From: Gammaproteobacteria bacterium
Lineage (GTDB): Bacteria > Pseudomonadota > Gammaproteobacteria > GCA-001735895
Direction of reading: 5' to 3'
DNA: 39,465 nucleotides
Assembly: GCA_050298595.1 (NCBI GenBank)
Contig: JBNKUM010000063.1
Location: forward strand, 1 to 39,465
Shown here: one piece after another, positions 1-9,940 of the stretch
Layout: each line of letters opens with the position of its first letter
How positions within the stretch are numbered: position 1 is the first letter of the stretch
Translations under genes and position numbers: made by a program
Notes under the pieces: generated by a model
The model's input: the letters and a program-made list of their open reading frames with translations, nothing else
What the model was told of the DNA's origin: nothing
The model's database searches: none

Positions 1-2
1 GA

Positions 3-962
3 TCGGGCAAGACAACCATCCTCAAAATCATCGCCGGTTTTGAGAAGCCGACCCGGGGATCCGTCACAATCGATAATCGAGACGTGAGCCACGTCTCGGT
101 TTCGAAACGGGAAATCGGAATGGTATTTCAAAACTATGCCCTTTTCCCGCATATGACCGTTGGAGAAAACCTCGCGTTTCCTCTAGAGGTTAGAAAGATG
201 GGCAAATCCGAGCGTGAAGAACGCGTTAATCGAGCGCTGGATATGGTTCAGCTAGGTGACTTTGCTGGTCGTCGTCCAGCACAGTTATCCGGAGGCCAGC
301 AACAACGAGTCGCCGTGGCACGTGCATTGGTGTTCGACCCAGACGTAGTATTGATGGATGAGCCACTAGGCGCTCTGGATAAAAACCTGCGCGAACAAAT
401 GCAGTACGAAATCAAGCATATACATGAACGCCTTGGTGTTACCGTCATGTATGTCACCCACGACCAGAGTGAAGCTCTGACCATGTCGGACCGTGTTGCT
501 GTTTTCGACGATGGTATAGTTCAGCAAATGGCTCCGCCAGATGTATTATACGAAAAGCCAGAAAATGCGTTCGTAGCTGGGTTTATCGGTGAAAATAATC
601 GGCTTTACGGTACCATCCAGGCCATCAATGGCGATAGCTGTATCGTCAAATTAGATGATGGTAGTGTGGTGACGGCTGCAGCCATTAATATCGGTGGGGT
701 CGGTGAACGAACCACCCTTTCATTGCGCCCAGAAAGAGTAATTATCAAACCCGACTCAGACATGCCTAACATGTTTGAAGGCAAGGTTGCTGAAATCATT
801 TATCTGGGCGACCATCTACGTACCCGCGTTGAAATGTGCGGTCACGATGATTTCATTGTCAAGGTTCCCAACGCCTCCCATCACGCTCGACTTGTTAAAG
901 GCGAAATGGTAAAAGTTGGTTGGTCTATTGAAGATTGTCGAGCTTTAGACGCATCTGATTAA
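3..962 (+). CDS. potA: Polyamine-type ABC transporter ATP-binding subunit (PotA-like), 5'-truncated by the window edge
   Basis: The frame is open from nt 3 (SGKTT, Walker A tail). It also has the GMVFQNYALFPH Q-loop region, the LSGGQQQR signature, the VLMDEPLGALD Walker B motif and a TOBE-like C-terminus. The ORF-track start at 84 is internal. Confidence 0.9.
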   Translation, partial: SGKTTILKIIAGFEKPTRGSVTIDNRDVSHVSVSKREIGMVFQNYALFPHMTVGENLAFPLEVRKMGKSEREERVNRALDMVQLGDFAGRRPAQLSGGQQQRVAVARALVFDPDVVLMDEPLGALDKNLREQMQYEIKHIHERLGVTVMYVTHDQSEALTMSDRVAVFDDGIVQQMAPPDVLYEKPENAFVAGFIGENNRLYGTIQAINGDSCIVKLDDGSVVTAAAINIGGVGERTTLSLRPERVIIKPDSDMPNMFEGKVAEIIYLGDHLRTRVEMCGHDDFIVKVPNASHHARLVKGEMVKVGWSIEDCRALDASD

Positions 963-1067
963 TTCATATTCAAGATGGAATTTTGGGCCAGAAAAATATA
1001 ACACCGAAATAATTCGGTATTTACCGTCATAACGACATTTTTTATTACTCCTGAGGAGAAGCTATAA

Positions 1068-2168
1068 ATGAAGACAATTTATAAACAAACGCTACTGGCG
1101 ACAGCAATCGCAGTAACAACTGCAGGTACCAATATCGCCTCGGCCAAAGACCTGGTCGTTGTATCCTGGGGTGGTGCTTACACCAAATCCCAGCAAATGG
1201 CTTACCATAACCCCTACATGAAGTTACACCCAGACATCAATCTCATTAATGATGACTCTTCAAACGAAGCGACAGCCAAAATACGCGCACAGGCTGAAGC
1301 TGGCAACACCTCCTGGGATATAGTGGATGCACTTGCATCTGACGCCATCACCCTGTGCGACGAAGGTCTGATAGAAGAAATCGACCATGATAAAATGCTT
1401 GCCAAAGCACCCGACGGCACGCCTGCCAGCAAAGATTTTGGCGATCTGATTGTGTCTCCCTGCTTTATACCCAGCATCGTCTACTCTACGACTTTTGGTT
1501 ATAGAAATGACAAATTTGGTGGAAAAAATCCAACAAGTATTTCCGATGTATTTGACCTGAAAAAATTCCCTGGAAAGCGTTCTCTTGAAAAACGTCCTAT
1601 GAATAATCTGGAATGGGCCTTAATAGCTGACGGTGTACCTGCAGACAAGATTTATGACACACTGGATACCGCTGCTGGTGTTGACCGTGCATTCAAGAAG
1701 CTAGATACCATCAAGGACCATGTAGTCTGGTGGACCAAGGGTGCTCAACCACCTCAGCTACTGGCAGATGGCGAAGTCGTCATGGCTTCAGCTTATAACG
1801 GTCGCCTGTTTGCAGCCATTGAAGAAAATAAGCAACCTATTAATATGATGTGGGATTATCAGGTATTTGATCTGGATGGCTGGGTTGTTCCTAAAGGCTC
1901 CAAGAACAAGAAAGAAGCTTTGGCTTACCTGAAATTCGCAACAGACACTCAACGTCTGGCGGATCAGGCTAAATACATTTCTTATGGCCCAGCACGTGCA
2001 TCTTCTGCACCGATGGTAGGTAAACATGCAGTTTTAGGTATCGACATGAAGCCGCATATGCCTACTACCCCGGCAAATGCTAAAAACACCCTTTTGACTA
2101 ACTACGCCTGGTGGGCCGACCACAAGGATGAACTGTCAGAGCGTTTCGAAGCCTGGTTAGCCAAATAA
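1068..2168 (+). CDS. ABC transporter periplasmic substrate-binding protein (PotD/PotF-like family)
   Basis: Signal peptide, VVSWGGAY motif and GEVVMASAYNGR; GAGGAG RBS upstream; lies within the ABC operon. Confidence 0.9.
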   Translation: MKTIYKQTLLATAIAVTTAGTNIASAKDLVVVSWGGAYTKSQQMAYHNPYMKLHPDINLINDDSSNEATAKIRAQAEAGNTSWDIVDALASDAITLCDEGLIEEIDHDKMLAKAPDGTPASKDFGDLIVSPCFIPSIVYSTTFGYRNDKFGGKNPTSISDVFDLKKFPGKRSLEKRPMNNLEWALIADGVPADKIYDTLDTAAGVDRAFKKLDTIKDHVVWWTKGAQPPQLLADGEVVMASAYNGRLFAAIEENKQPINMMWDYQVFDLDGWVVPKGSKNKKEALAYLKFATDTQRLADQAKYISYGPARASSAPMVGKHAVLGIDMKPHMPTTPANAKNTLLTNYAWWADHKDELSERFEAWLAK

Positions 2169-2186
2169 GGTAATATCGACACGGTT

Positions 2187-2252
2187 TTGAGCCGGAACTC
2201 GTTTCCGGCTCAATTCTCAATGACCTGTTAATTGGGTCATTGAGAATTGAGC
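2187..2252 (+). repeat. Two overlapping inverted repeats (intercistronic stem-loops)
   Basis: TTGAGCCGGAA/TTCCGGCTCAA (11-bp stem, 2187-2213) and GCTCAATTCTCAATGACC/GGTCATTGAGAATTGAGC (18-bp stem, 2208-2252). Confidence 0.85.
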
Positions 2253-2279
2253 ACACAACCAAACATGTAGAATTATATT

Positions 2280-3560
2280 ATGTCTCAAGCAACAACCGAA
2301 CAAGCATCACTGACTACTGCGGATGGTGTCCCGCTGAAGGTCAGCCTGCAACGCACCTTACGTAAACGCAAACGTAATGCTCTGCTGCTGGTCGCACCTT
2401 TATTCATCTTCATCCTGATGACCTTCCTTTTACCCATCTTCGATATGCTCATGCGTAGTGTCGATAACGAGATAACGGTCGAAGTCTTACCAACCGCTGC
2501 CCCACTACTACAAAAATGGGATGATTCCAGTGGTGAATTTCCCAATGAAGCATTTTTTAAGGCCTTTGTTGAAGACGCCAAAGTGGCAGCCGAGGCAAAA
2601 AACTTCAACCGCCTTGGTAAACGATTAAATTATGAACGTTCAGGTATATCCAGTCTATTCCGTAAAACCGAACGTAAGCTGAAACGCTTTGACGCCAGCA
2701 AACTGAAAACAACCTATAAAGAACATGTACTAAATATCGATAAGAAATGGAAAGACATCACTATCTGGCAATTGCTCAAACGCGAAAGTGGCAAATATAC
2801 CTCTTCGTACTATCTGTCTGCAGTGGATGCCAGGAAAAATGCTGATGGTGAAATAGAGTTCAAGAATGAAGAACAACAGATTTACCTCAACCTGTTTATA
2901 CGCACCTTGTTCCTGAGCACCTTGATTACCTTATTAACAGTCATCATGGGCTACCCTATCGCCTACTTGCTGGCGACGGTTAAAACCAGAACCAGTAACC
3001 TGCTGATGATCATGGTACTACTACCGTTCTGGACATCTTTACTGGTCAGAACCAGTGCCTGGATAGCCCTGCTTCAGCGTGAAGGGGTAATCAATGATTT
3101 TCTGGTAGCAATAGGATTAGTAGGCGAAGATGGTCGACTAGCCATGATTCATAACCAGACAGGAACCATCATTGCGATGACGCATATCCTGCTCCCATTT
3201 ATGATATTGCCACTATTCAGCGTAATGAAAACCATTTCACCCAGTTATGTGCGTGCTGCGCGCTCGATGGGTGCAACACCATTTACCGCATTCGTTCGTG
3301 TTTATTTTCCAAACACAGTACCCGGTATTGGCGCCGGAGCCATTCTGGTATTTATTCTCGCTATCGGTTACTACATTACCCCGGCTCTGGTGGGTGGTAC
3401 CGATGGAACCTTGATCAGTAACTTTGTTGCCTACCACATTTCCAAATCTCTCAACTGGGGACTGGCGGCTGCACTCGGTGCTATCCTTCTGTCTATCGTA
3501 TTGGTTCTGTATGTCCTCTACGACAAGATAGTAGGCATTGATAACATGAAACTTGGGTAG
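2280..3560 (+). CDS. ABC transporter permease (PotB-like) with a large periplasmic loop
   Basis: LLPFWTSLLVRT and an EAA-like loop (YVRAARSMGA); several TM helices. Confidence 0.9.
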   Translation: MSQATTEQASLTTADGVPLKVSLQRTLRKRKRNALLLVAPLFIFILMTFLLPIFDMLMRSVDNEITVEVLPTAAPLLQKWDDSSGEFPNEAFFKAFVEDAKVAAEAKNFNRLGKRLNYERSGISSLFRKTERKLKRFDASKLKTTYKEHVLNIDKKWKDITIWQLLKRESGKYTSSYYLSAVDARKNADGEIEFKNEEQQIYLNLFIRTLFLSTLITLLTVIMGYPIAYLLATVKTRTSNLLMIMVLLPFWTSLLVRTSAWIALLQREGVINDFLVAIGLVGEDGRLAMIHNQTGTIIAMTHILLPFMILPLFSVMKTISPSYVRAARSMGATPFTAFVRVYFPNTVPGIGAGAILVFILAIGYYITPALVGGTDGTLISNFVAYHISKSLNWGLAAALGAILLSIVLVLYVLYDKIVGIDNMKLG

Positions 3561-3568
3561 GTGAAGAT

Positions 3569-4420
3569 ATGGCGCTTCCTATACATGCAACAACTGGTGA
3601 ACGTATCTGGCATTACACATTTCTCGCTATTTGTGGGTTTGTATTTTTCTTTCTGATCTTCCCGATTATCGTGATGATCCCATTATCGTTTAATGCCCAA
3701 CCCTATTTTACTTTTACCAAGGAAATGCTGGCGCTTGACCCTGCTGGCTATTCATTCAAATGGTACGAAGATTTCTTTACCAATGAGAACTGGCAACAGG
3801 CGGTGCGTAACTCGATTTTTATCGCGATATTTTCCACCCTGATATCAACCTTTCTCGGTACCCTGGCGGCACTGGGCTTAAGTCGTAATGATTTCCCTTT
3901 TAAAACCACCATCATGGGCATACTGATTTCTCCAATGGTAGTGCCATTGATTATTTCAGCCGCAGGTATGTTTTTCTTTTACTCTAGAATCGGCCTACAG
4001 GGTACTCATGTAGGTGTAATCCTGGCGCATGCCGCACTGGCTACACCGTTCGTGGTCATCACGGTAACCGCAACCCTGACCGGTTTTGATCACAGCCTGA
4101 CCAGAGCTGCCGCTAATCTGGGCGCATCCCCAACACGCACCTTTTTTCAGGTGACTGTACCTTTGATCATTCCTGGCGTAATTTCAGGCGGGCTGTTTGC
4201 TTTTATTACATCATTTGATGAAGTCGTCGTCGTATTATTTGTGGGTAGTGTTGACCAACGCACTATTCCCTGGGCCATGTTCTCCGGTATCCGCGAGCAG
4301 ATAAGCCCCACAATTCTAGCGGTCGCATCACTACTAGTGTTCATCTCCGTAATCCTGCTGTTTACTCTTGAGTTGCTGCGTCGCCGCAACGAACGTCTGC
4401 GCGGCATGTCCCCGGGCTAA
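3569..4420 (+). CDS. ABC transporter permease (PotC-like)
   Basis: EAA-like loop LTRAAANLGA, FITSFDEVVV motif and TM helices. Confidence 0.9.
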   Translation: MALPIHATTGERIWHYTFLAICGFVFFFLIFPIIVMIPLSFNAQPYFTFTKEMLALDPAGYSFKWYEDFFTNENWQQAVRNSIFIAIFSTLISTFLGTLAALGLSRNDFPFKTTIMGILISPMVVPLIISAAGMFFFYSRIGLQGTHVGVILAHAALATPFVVITVTATLTGFDHSLTRAAANLGASPTRTFFQVTVPLIIPGVISGGLFAFITSFDEVVVVLFVGSVDQRTIPWAMFSGIREQISPTILAVASLLVFISVILLFTLELLRRRNERLRGMSPG

Positions 4421-4444
4421 TCGCTATCTACCGCCTACCGCGCC

Positions 4445-5347
4445 ATGAGATACCTGGTAAATCACTGGCGCGGAGTACTCCCATTATCGATCTCTCTCTG
4501 GGTTAATTTATTTGCCCTGCTGATAGTTCTGGCGCTGATTGAATCAGCTATCCTGCTACACTTTAGCTACGATGCCGAACTCATGGTTAAAGCAACCTTT
4601 ATTTCTCTGCTAATCACTCGGCTGATTATTTTCCCCTGGCAACTGATCGGCCTGATCCGTAGCAGCGACAGGCATTTTCTTCAGCATCGTAATGGCTATG
4701 TTACTCGAATGGTGTATGTGATGATTATGCTGTCAGTGCTGTATACCCTGCTCTATATCATCGGCACCTTACAGACCGTCTTTATCTTTAAGAAGGATAT
4801 GGATGCCTATACGCGACTGATTGACCAACATGGCTTTAAACTCAGCCTGGAACAAAATGGTCGGCAACTTAAGATTGAAGGCGCTCTGGATATCGGTATT
4901 ACTCGTAAAGTTGCTGAGTTGCTTGCGATAAACCCTGATATTAAAAGCGTAACACTGGATAGCCCGGGAGGGCAGATATATCAGGGACGAGGAATAGCAA
5001 AGCTGATTAGTCAATACCAACTGGATACGCATGTTGAGGCTGAATGTAGCTCTTCCTGCGTCACTGCTTTTGTTGCTGGCCAACAACGTTCGCTCAGCAA
5101 CAAGGGGAAACTGGGCTTCCATCAATATCGTTTTGATACCAGCCAGACCAAACAGATTATTCCACTTTACGAAAGCCTGCTGACGGAGCAGCAGCGCGAT
5201 CTGGATTTATTTAAACAACAGGGCGTAAGCGAGGAATTCCTACAAATAATGTTTCAGCAAGCAGCGGATAGCATCTGGTTTCCGCCCCTTCAGCAATTGC
5301 TAGAGGCTGGAGTCATCCATCACCTGACGACAACTAATGACGGATGA
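4445..5347 (+). CDS. Membrane protein with a C-terminal ClpP/crotonase-like domain (COG3904-like)
   Basis: Three N-terminal hydrophobic segments, followed by the motifs LDSPGG, CSSSC and LGFHQ. Confidence 0.65.
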   Translation: MRYLVNHWRGVLPLSISLWVNLFALLIVLALIESAILLHFSYDAELMVKATFISLLITRLIIFPWQLIGLIRSSDRHFLQHRNGYVTRMVYVMIMLSVLYTLLYIIGTLQTVFIFKKDMDAYTRLIDQHGFKLSLEQNGRQLKIEGALDIGITRKVAELLAINPDIKSVTLDSPGGQIYQGRGIAKLISQYQLDTHVEAECSSSCVTAFVAGQQRSLSNKGKLGFHQYRFDTSQTKQIIPLYESLLTEQQRDLDLFKQQGVSEEFLQIMFQQAADSIWFPPLQQLLEAGVIHHLTTTNDG

Positions 5348-5400
5348 CTCATGGCTATGACACCAGCCAGATTTATGGCCCCCTTATTTCATAAAAAGAT
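5264..5400 (+). repeat. Diverged direct repeat, copy 1 (partner at 13186-13293)
   Basis: GCGGATAGCATCTGGTTTCCGCCCCTTCAGCAATTGCTAGAGGCTGGAGTCATCCATCA...ATGACGGATGACTCATGGCTATGACACCAGC...TTATTTCATAAA aligns with 13186-13293. Confidence 0.9.
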
Positions 5401-5415
5401 GAAAGCCCTGGAAGT

Positions 5416-6747
5416 CTAATCTTTCACTGGATCTTTTGTAGCATTCTCACGACTTAAGAAAGCACGCGACAGCGCATGATAAATCGGCTGTGGACACACC
5501 AGGTGAGAAACCCCATAAGCGATGAATGAGGTGGTAATTAGTGCCAGTGGCATTTCCTGATTATTGGTCATTTCCATCACGATAATAAAAGCCGTCAGAG
5601 GTGACTGCACAACGCCAGCAAAATACCCAACCATACCCAACAGGATCATTACCGCCATCGGAGCAACCGGCAACCAGTGCCCCAAATTTTCACCTACACC
5701 AGCACCAGTTGCCAGTGATGGTGCGAAGATACCGCCAGGTATTCCACTCAGGTACGATGCTACTGTCGAGCCCATTTTCAGTAGTGGGTATATCGGATCC
5801 CAGTTTGCTTCCCCCATGATGATGGCTCTTGCCGCTGCATAACCTGTTCCGGAAGAACTGTAATCTGAAATATAACCCAGCACGGCAACAAACAGGCCAC
5901 AGACAAAAGCTACATGATAGGGCCTTGCTTTAATAACAGGTATCAGCAAGCGTGCACCATTCACCAGAACACTGGAAAACAGTCCGCCAAGCAAGCCGCC
6001 TACGACGCCACATATTGGCACTGCTGCCCAGCTCATAGCTCCTGTCATAACAGCGTTGGAAGTCCCAAAATAATGATAAGGCCCGAGAGCCGCCAGCGCC
6101 GTGACACCAGCAATAACCACGCCGACAGTCACCAGACCACTGGTGCGTTGCTCGAACTGTTTACTCATTTCCTCAATAGCGAAAACAATACCGGCCAGCG
6201 GCGTATTAAAAGCTGCAGCAATACCAGCAGCACCACCTGCTAGAATCAGTCCACGTTCCATATAATGAGCCGGGAATCTTGCAAAGCGTCCCAGCGTATA
6301 CATTACTGAAGCGCCAATATGCACCGATGGCCCTTCGCGCCCAATCGACGCACCCGCTACCAAACCGATCAGGGTCAGTAAAATTTTACCGCAGGCAATG
6401 CGTAGTGATAGCACCGCAGTTTTACGATTCGACTCTAACGATGCAATCGCTTGCGGAATTCCACTGCCCTCAGCGCCGGGAAACAGCTTGCGGGTTGCCC
6501 ACACCAGACCCACCATGACCACCGGTGTCATTACAAGCGGCACCCAATCAGCCAAACCGATTATGGCGTGAAAGGCCTCGTCCGCCCAGTCAGCCATAAT
6601 GGCGAACATGGCGCAGATCAGGCCTACCAGCAAAGCACCAATCCAGAATACCAGACGTACGCGCCAGGCTGATACTGAAAATAATTTACGTTGATTACGA
6701 CGCCAATGTTGACGTAGAGATTTTTTCTTTGCAGAAGCAACTAACAT
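5416..6747 (-). CDS. ClC-family chloride transporter, probably a Cl-/H+ antiporter; no CBS domains
   Basis: Signature motifs GSGIP, GREGP (gating Glu), FAIEE (proton-Glu region), GIFAPS and PIYH (central Tyr). Confidence 0.92.
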   Translation of the reverse strand: MLVASAKKKSLRQHWRRNQRKLFSVSAWRVRLVFWIGALLVGLICAMFAIMADWADEAFHAIIGLADWVPLVMTPVVMVGLVWATRKLFPGAEGSGIPQAIASLESNRKTAVLSLRIACGKILLTLIGLVAGASIGREGPSVHIGASVMYTLGRFARFPAHYMERGLILAGGAAGIAAAFNTPLAGIVFAIEEMSKQFEQRTSGLVTVGVVIAGVTALAALGPYHYFGTSNAVMTGAMSWAAVPICGVVGGLLGGLFSSVLVNGARLLIPVIKARPYHVAFVCGLFVAVLGYISDYSSSGTGYAAARAIIMGEANWDPIYPLLKMGSTVASYLSGIPGGIFAPSLATGAGVGENLGHWLPVAPMAVMILLGMVGYFAGVVQSPLTAFIIVMEMTNNQEMPLALITTSFIAYGVSHLVCPQPIYHALSRAFLSRENATKDPVKD

Positions 6748-6900
6748 TCAGATTCCATATTGATAATTTGATTGATGTGGCTGAACCTTTTCATCGTCAC
6801 AGGGAGTGTGGTTGACAAAAAATACACCGCAGGCAATAAGTTCCTTAAGCGCTTAAAAGCGGCATGAGAACTGACTGAGATCCGTCACGGTTTGTATATG

Positions 6901-8775
6901 CTAAGCATGTACTGAAACTGGTTTTAATGGCGCAGGTATAGCCGGTTTTTCGGTCTTGTTTCCTCTACCTGTATCGTTAACCCCCACCACTGCTTCAGCG
7001 GTGAATGCCACGCTCTGACACTCCCTAAAGATACGTGCATTACAGGTTTCGCAAACTGATTTATCAAGCTTCTGAAAAATAGCATGTAAAGCAGAGGACT
7101 TACTCTGAAACACATTGTTAGCATTAATCTTATCCAGCACATGGCACGCTTCAAGCGAATCCCACAGACCTTCTTTAACATTGATTAAATAAAACCCTCC
7201 ACCATCATATCGACGACGAATGGCTTCATTAGCTAACACGTCTGCCGCTGCGATATCAACAAAACTGATGCCATTAGCAACAATCGCCAGATGCTTTTGT
7301 TGGGGGCGTAGCTGTACAAATCTAGCAAATTTTTCGCGCAAATAGGCAACAGAACCAAAGAACAGATTGCCGTCAATACGAATGACCTGTAACTGCGGAC
7401 ATTGCGGACGCCTATCGTCAGGCATTACCGTGTAAAATTTACGGTTAGGTAAATTTGGATCGGGCAGGCGTGTGACGACGCGAGGTTTAGATGCTTTCAT
7501 TAGATACAACATCAGCGATAGCAGAATACCCGCCAGTATGGCGAACTCCAGATCCAGAAAAAGCGCTGCCAGAAATGTTGTGAAAAATATTGCTCTCTCT
7601 GAATGAGTTGAAGAGAGAATATGTTTAATCGCTGAGAAATCGATCAACCCCCAGGCAACGATAAATAAAATACCCGCCATTGCAGCATTTGGAAGATAAG
7701 CTACCAGCGGTGCGATGGCCAGAACGATAAATATCTCAAGAAAACCCGCTATCATCGCGCTCATAGGCGTTTTTGCTCCGGCCTGATAATTCAGACTAGT
7801 ACGATTAAATGAACCTGTAGCAACATAGCCCGAGAAAAAACTTCCGGCAATGTTGGATAGTCCCTGACCTATAAATTCCTGATTACCATCGATCAATTGC
7901 CCACTGCGAATGCCGACTGCTCGACCAATTGAAATTGCTTCGGTCAGGGTAAATAGAGTCATTGCTAAGGCTGCTGGCGCTAATTTCTGGATGGTTTCCA
8001 GCGAAAAATCGGGCGCTGATAATGGTGGCAGAGTCTGCGGTAATGCACCTACGGTTATAACACCGGTGACATCCTGGCCAAAAATCAGGTTAAACGCGAC
8101 ACCCAGAAAACTGCCACTGAACAAAGCAACAATAAGAAAAGGTATTTTAGGATATAGTTTTTTTACCAGTAACCCAGAAACCAGTGTAGTCATGGCAATG
8201 GATACGATATAGTAATTCATATTCGGTAATTGATGAATAAAATGTTCCAGAGTTGAAATCAGATTACCCTCACGAGGGATAGGTACACCAAAAAAATTCT
8301 TCAACTGCTTGCTGGCGATTAAAATTGCCGCACCCGTTGTAAATCCGACCACTACAGAATGTGAAATAAAGTTCACCACAGCACCCATTCGTGCTAGCCC
8401 CATCACCAGTTCTATAATACCTACCATAAAAGTTAACGTAATCGCCAGACTGACATATTCCGGGGTCATAGGCTCGGCATAGACACTCAGCGATGAAAGC
8501 AGCACAATGGATGCCGCCGTTGTAGGTCCAGACATCAAATGCCAGGACGAACCAAAAAAGGCTGCAATAATGGGTGGGATCATACCGGCATAAAGACCGT
8601 ACTGAGGAGGCATACCGGCAATTGCGGCAAAGGCGACTGCCTGTGGTACTACTACGATAGCTACCGTTAAGCCAGCTATTAAGTCAGCACGAATGCTGTT
8701 GCGATCAACACGATGCTTCCACAATAAAAATGGAAAAATTCGTTGTTGCCAGATGGAGTATTGCTTGTTTGACAT
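6901..8775 (-). CDS. SulP/SLC26-family anion transporter with a STAS domain
   Basis: DLIAGLTVAIVVVPQAVAFA, YGLY, GSSWHLMSGPT, NQEFIGQGLSN, TGSFNRT and STAS motif RIDGNLFFGS; C-terminal CETC...C. Confidence 0.93.
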   Translation of the reverse strand: MSNKQYSIWQQRIFPFLLWKHRVDRNSIRADLIAGLTVAIVVVPQAVAFAAIAGMPPQYGLYAGMIPPIIAAFFGSSWHLMSGPTTAASIVLLSSLSVYAEPMTPEYVSLAITLTFMVGIIELVMGLARMGAVVNFISHSVVVGFTTGAAILIASKQLKNFFGVPIPREGNLISTLEHFIHQLPNMNYYIVSIAMTTLVSGLLVKKLYPKIPFLIVALFSGSFLGVAFNLIFGQDVTGVITVGALPQTLPPLSAPDFSLETIQKLAPAALAMTLFTLTEAISIGRAVGIRSGQLIDGNQEFIGQGLSNIAGSFFSGYVATGSFNRTSLNYQAGAKTPMSAMIAGFLEIFIVLAIAPLVAYLPNAAMAGILFIVAWGLIDFSAIKHILSSTHSERAIFFTTFLAALFLDLEFAILAGILLSLMLYLMKASKPRVVTRLPDPNLPNRKFYTVMPDDRRPQCPQLQVIRIDGNLFFGSVAYLREKFARFVQLRPQQKHLAIVANGISFVDIAAADVLANEAIRRRYDGGGFYLINVKEGLWDSLEACHVLDKINANNVFQSKSSALHAIFQKLDKSVCETCNARIFRECQSVAFTAEAVVGVNDTGRGNKTEKPAIPAPLKPVSVHA

Positions 8776-8878
8776 TTATGGTTCCTTCAATTTTTTACAG
8801 GTTAATATTTTTTCGACATAGCGACCTGGCATCGTCCCCTGAGGGGAAGACTATCGAATAGCCAGTTATTGATACTGC

Positions 8879-9763
8879 TCAGCTTTGATCGCTAATTAAC
8901 GCAGCCGAGTTTTCGCCGCTATCTCGTTGACTTGTTTCTTGCTGGATTTTGGCGAGGTCCTGCATGGCAAGACGGTTACCAGCTGCAGCTGAACGCTTTA
9001 GCCAGACGATTGACTTTGCCTGATCAGGATTAACATCCCAGGCGCCATCACGGTAACGCAGAGCCAGTTGAAACTCAGCAAGCGGATCACCCTTTTTGGC
9101 TCTTGCCATGAGTGCTTCGGTTGATTGTTCAAAAACAGAGCTTGCTTTAATTAAGTTCCAGAGTGAAAAAAGCGCTTTTATACTGGTCGAGTTAAATTCC
9201 CGACCCAGCACCGCAATTTTATTTCCACCCCGATGTAAATCAGCATCACTGAGATTATCTGTACGATAAAGGGTTGCCAGATCCTGCTGAGCACGTTTAT
9301 TACCCAAATCGGCCGCTTTACGTAACCACGACAGGGCATGCTTATCACCCTGCTTTTCCAGATATTCACCCAGATGTAACTGCGCATCTGCATTACCTTG
9401 TTGCGCAGCTTTTTTCCAGAAATAGACTGCTTTATTCAATTGCTCTGGTTCTTTCAGAGCAAGGTGATTGGCAAGCAGATCCGCTGCATAAGCATTACCT
9501 TTTTGTGCAGCCTGACCCAACCAGTGATCACTCTTCTCAACATCCTGCCTGATTCCATAACGTCCTTTTTCATAGGCCAGCCCAAGCTGTAACTGTGCAC
9601 CACTATCGCCTGAATTTGCCAGACGAGTAAGCCAGCTGATTTCCTCTGCATCAACTGATATATTTTCAGTGTCAAATGCCATACTGGCTGTGGTAGCGGC
9701 TATCATCAGGGTTGAAAAAGTGAGTAAGAGAGGTAAGTTTTTAGTTGATTTATAAAACTGCAT
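8879..9763 (-). CDS. Secreted/periplasmic Sel1-repeat (TPR-like) protein
   Basis: Signal peptide and repeated A..G...AQ..LG..Y...W...AA..G units. Confidence 0.88.
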   Translation of the reverse strand: MQFYKSTKNLPLLLTFSTLMIAATTASMAFDTENISVDAEEISWLTRLANSGDSGAQLQLGLAYEKGRYGIRQDVEKSDHWLGQAAQKGNAYAADLLANHLALKEPEQLNKAVYFWKKAAQQGNADAQLHLGEYLEKQGDKHALSWLRKAADLGNKRAQQDLATLYRTDNLSDADLHRGGNKIAVLGREFNSTSIKALFSLWNLIKASSVFEQSTEALMARAKKGDPLAEFQLALRYRDGAWDVNPDQAKSIVWLKRSAAAGNRLAMQDLAKIQQETSQRDSGENSAALISDQS

Positions 9764-9816
9764 GTAAATGATATATCTTTATGTGTGTCTATCAGGTTGA
9801 TTACACTTATCGGGAG

Positions 9817-9833
9817 AGCAAGATACAGGCCAA
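9817..9833 (-). promoter_or_regulatory. Sigma-54 (RpoN) -24/-12 promoter for the sel1-sulP-clc genes
   Basis: Minus strand TTGGCCTGTATCTTGCT matches TGGC-N7-TTGC with exact spacing, 54 nt upstream of the Sel1 ATG and next to an NtrC-family activator locus. Confidence 0.8.
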
Positions 9834-9860
9834 GTTAATAAAACTTGGAAATTCCCATAA

Positions 9861-9873
9861 AAACAATGCTTTA
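9861..9873 (+). promoter_or_regulatory. IHF-like binding site
   Basis: AAACAATGCTTTA has one mismatch to WATCAANNNNTTR and lies just upstream of the sigma-54 promoter, where IHF sites usually occur. Confidence 0.5.
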
Positions 9874-9940
9874 AAACAGTTCCCACTTCCTACGCAATAA
9901 ACTGATACACTAAACTTCTACAAATTTTGATGATGACCAC

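Noticed and set aside
5416-6900. ClC as a fluoride exporter with a fluoride riboswitch
   Set aside because: It has the chloride-type GSGIP/GREGP motifs rather than CLC-F motifs, and I see no riboswitch consensus upstream.
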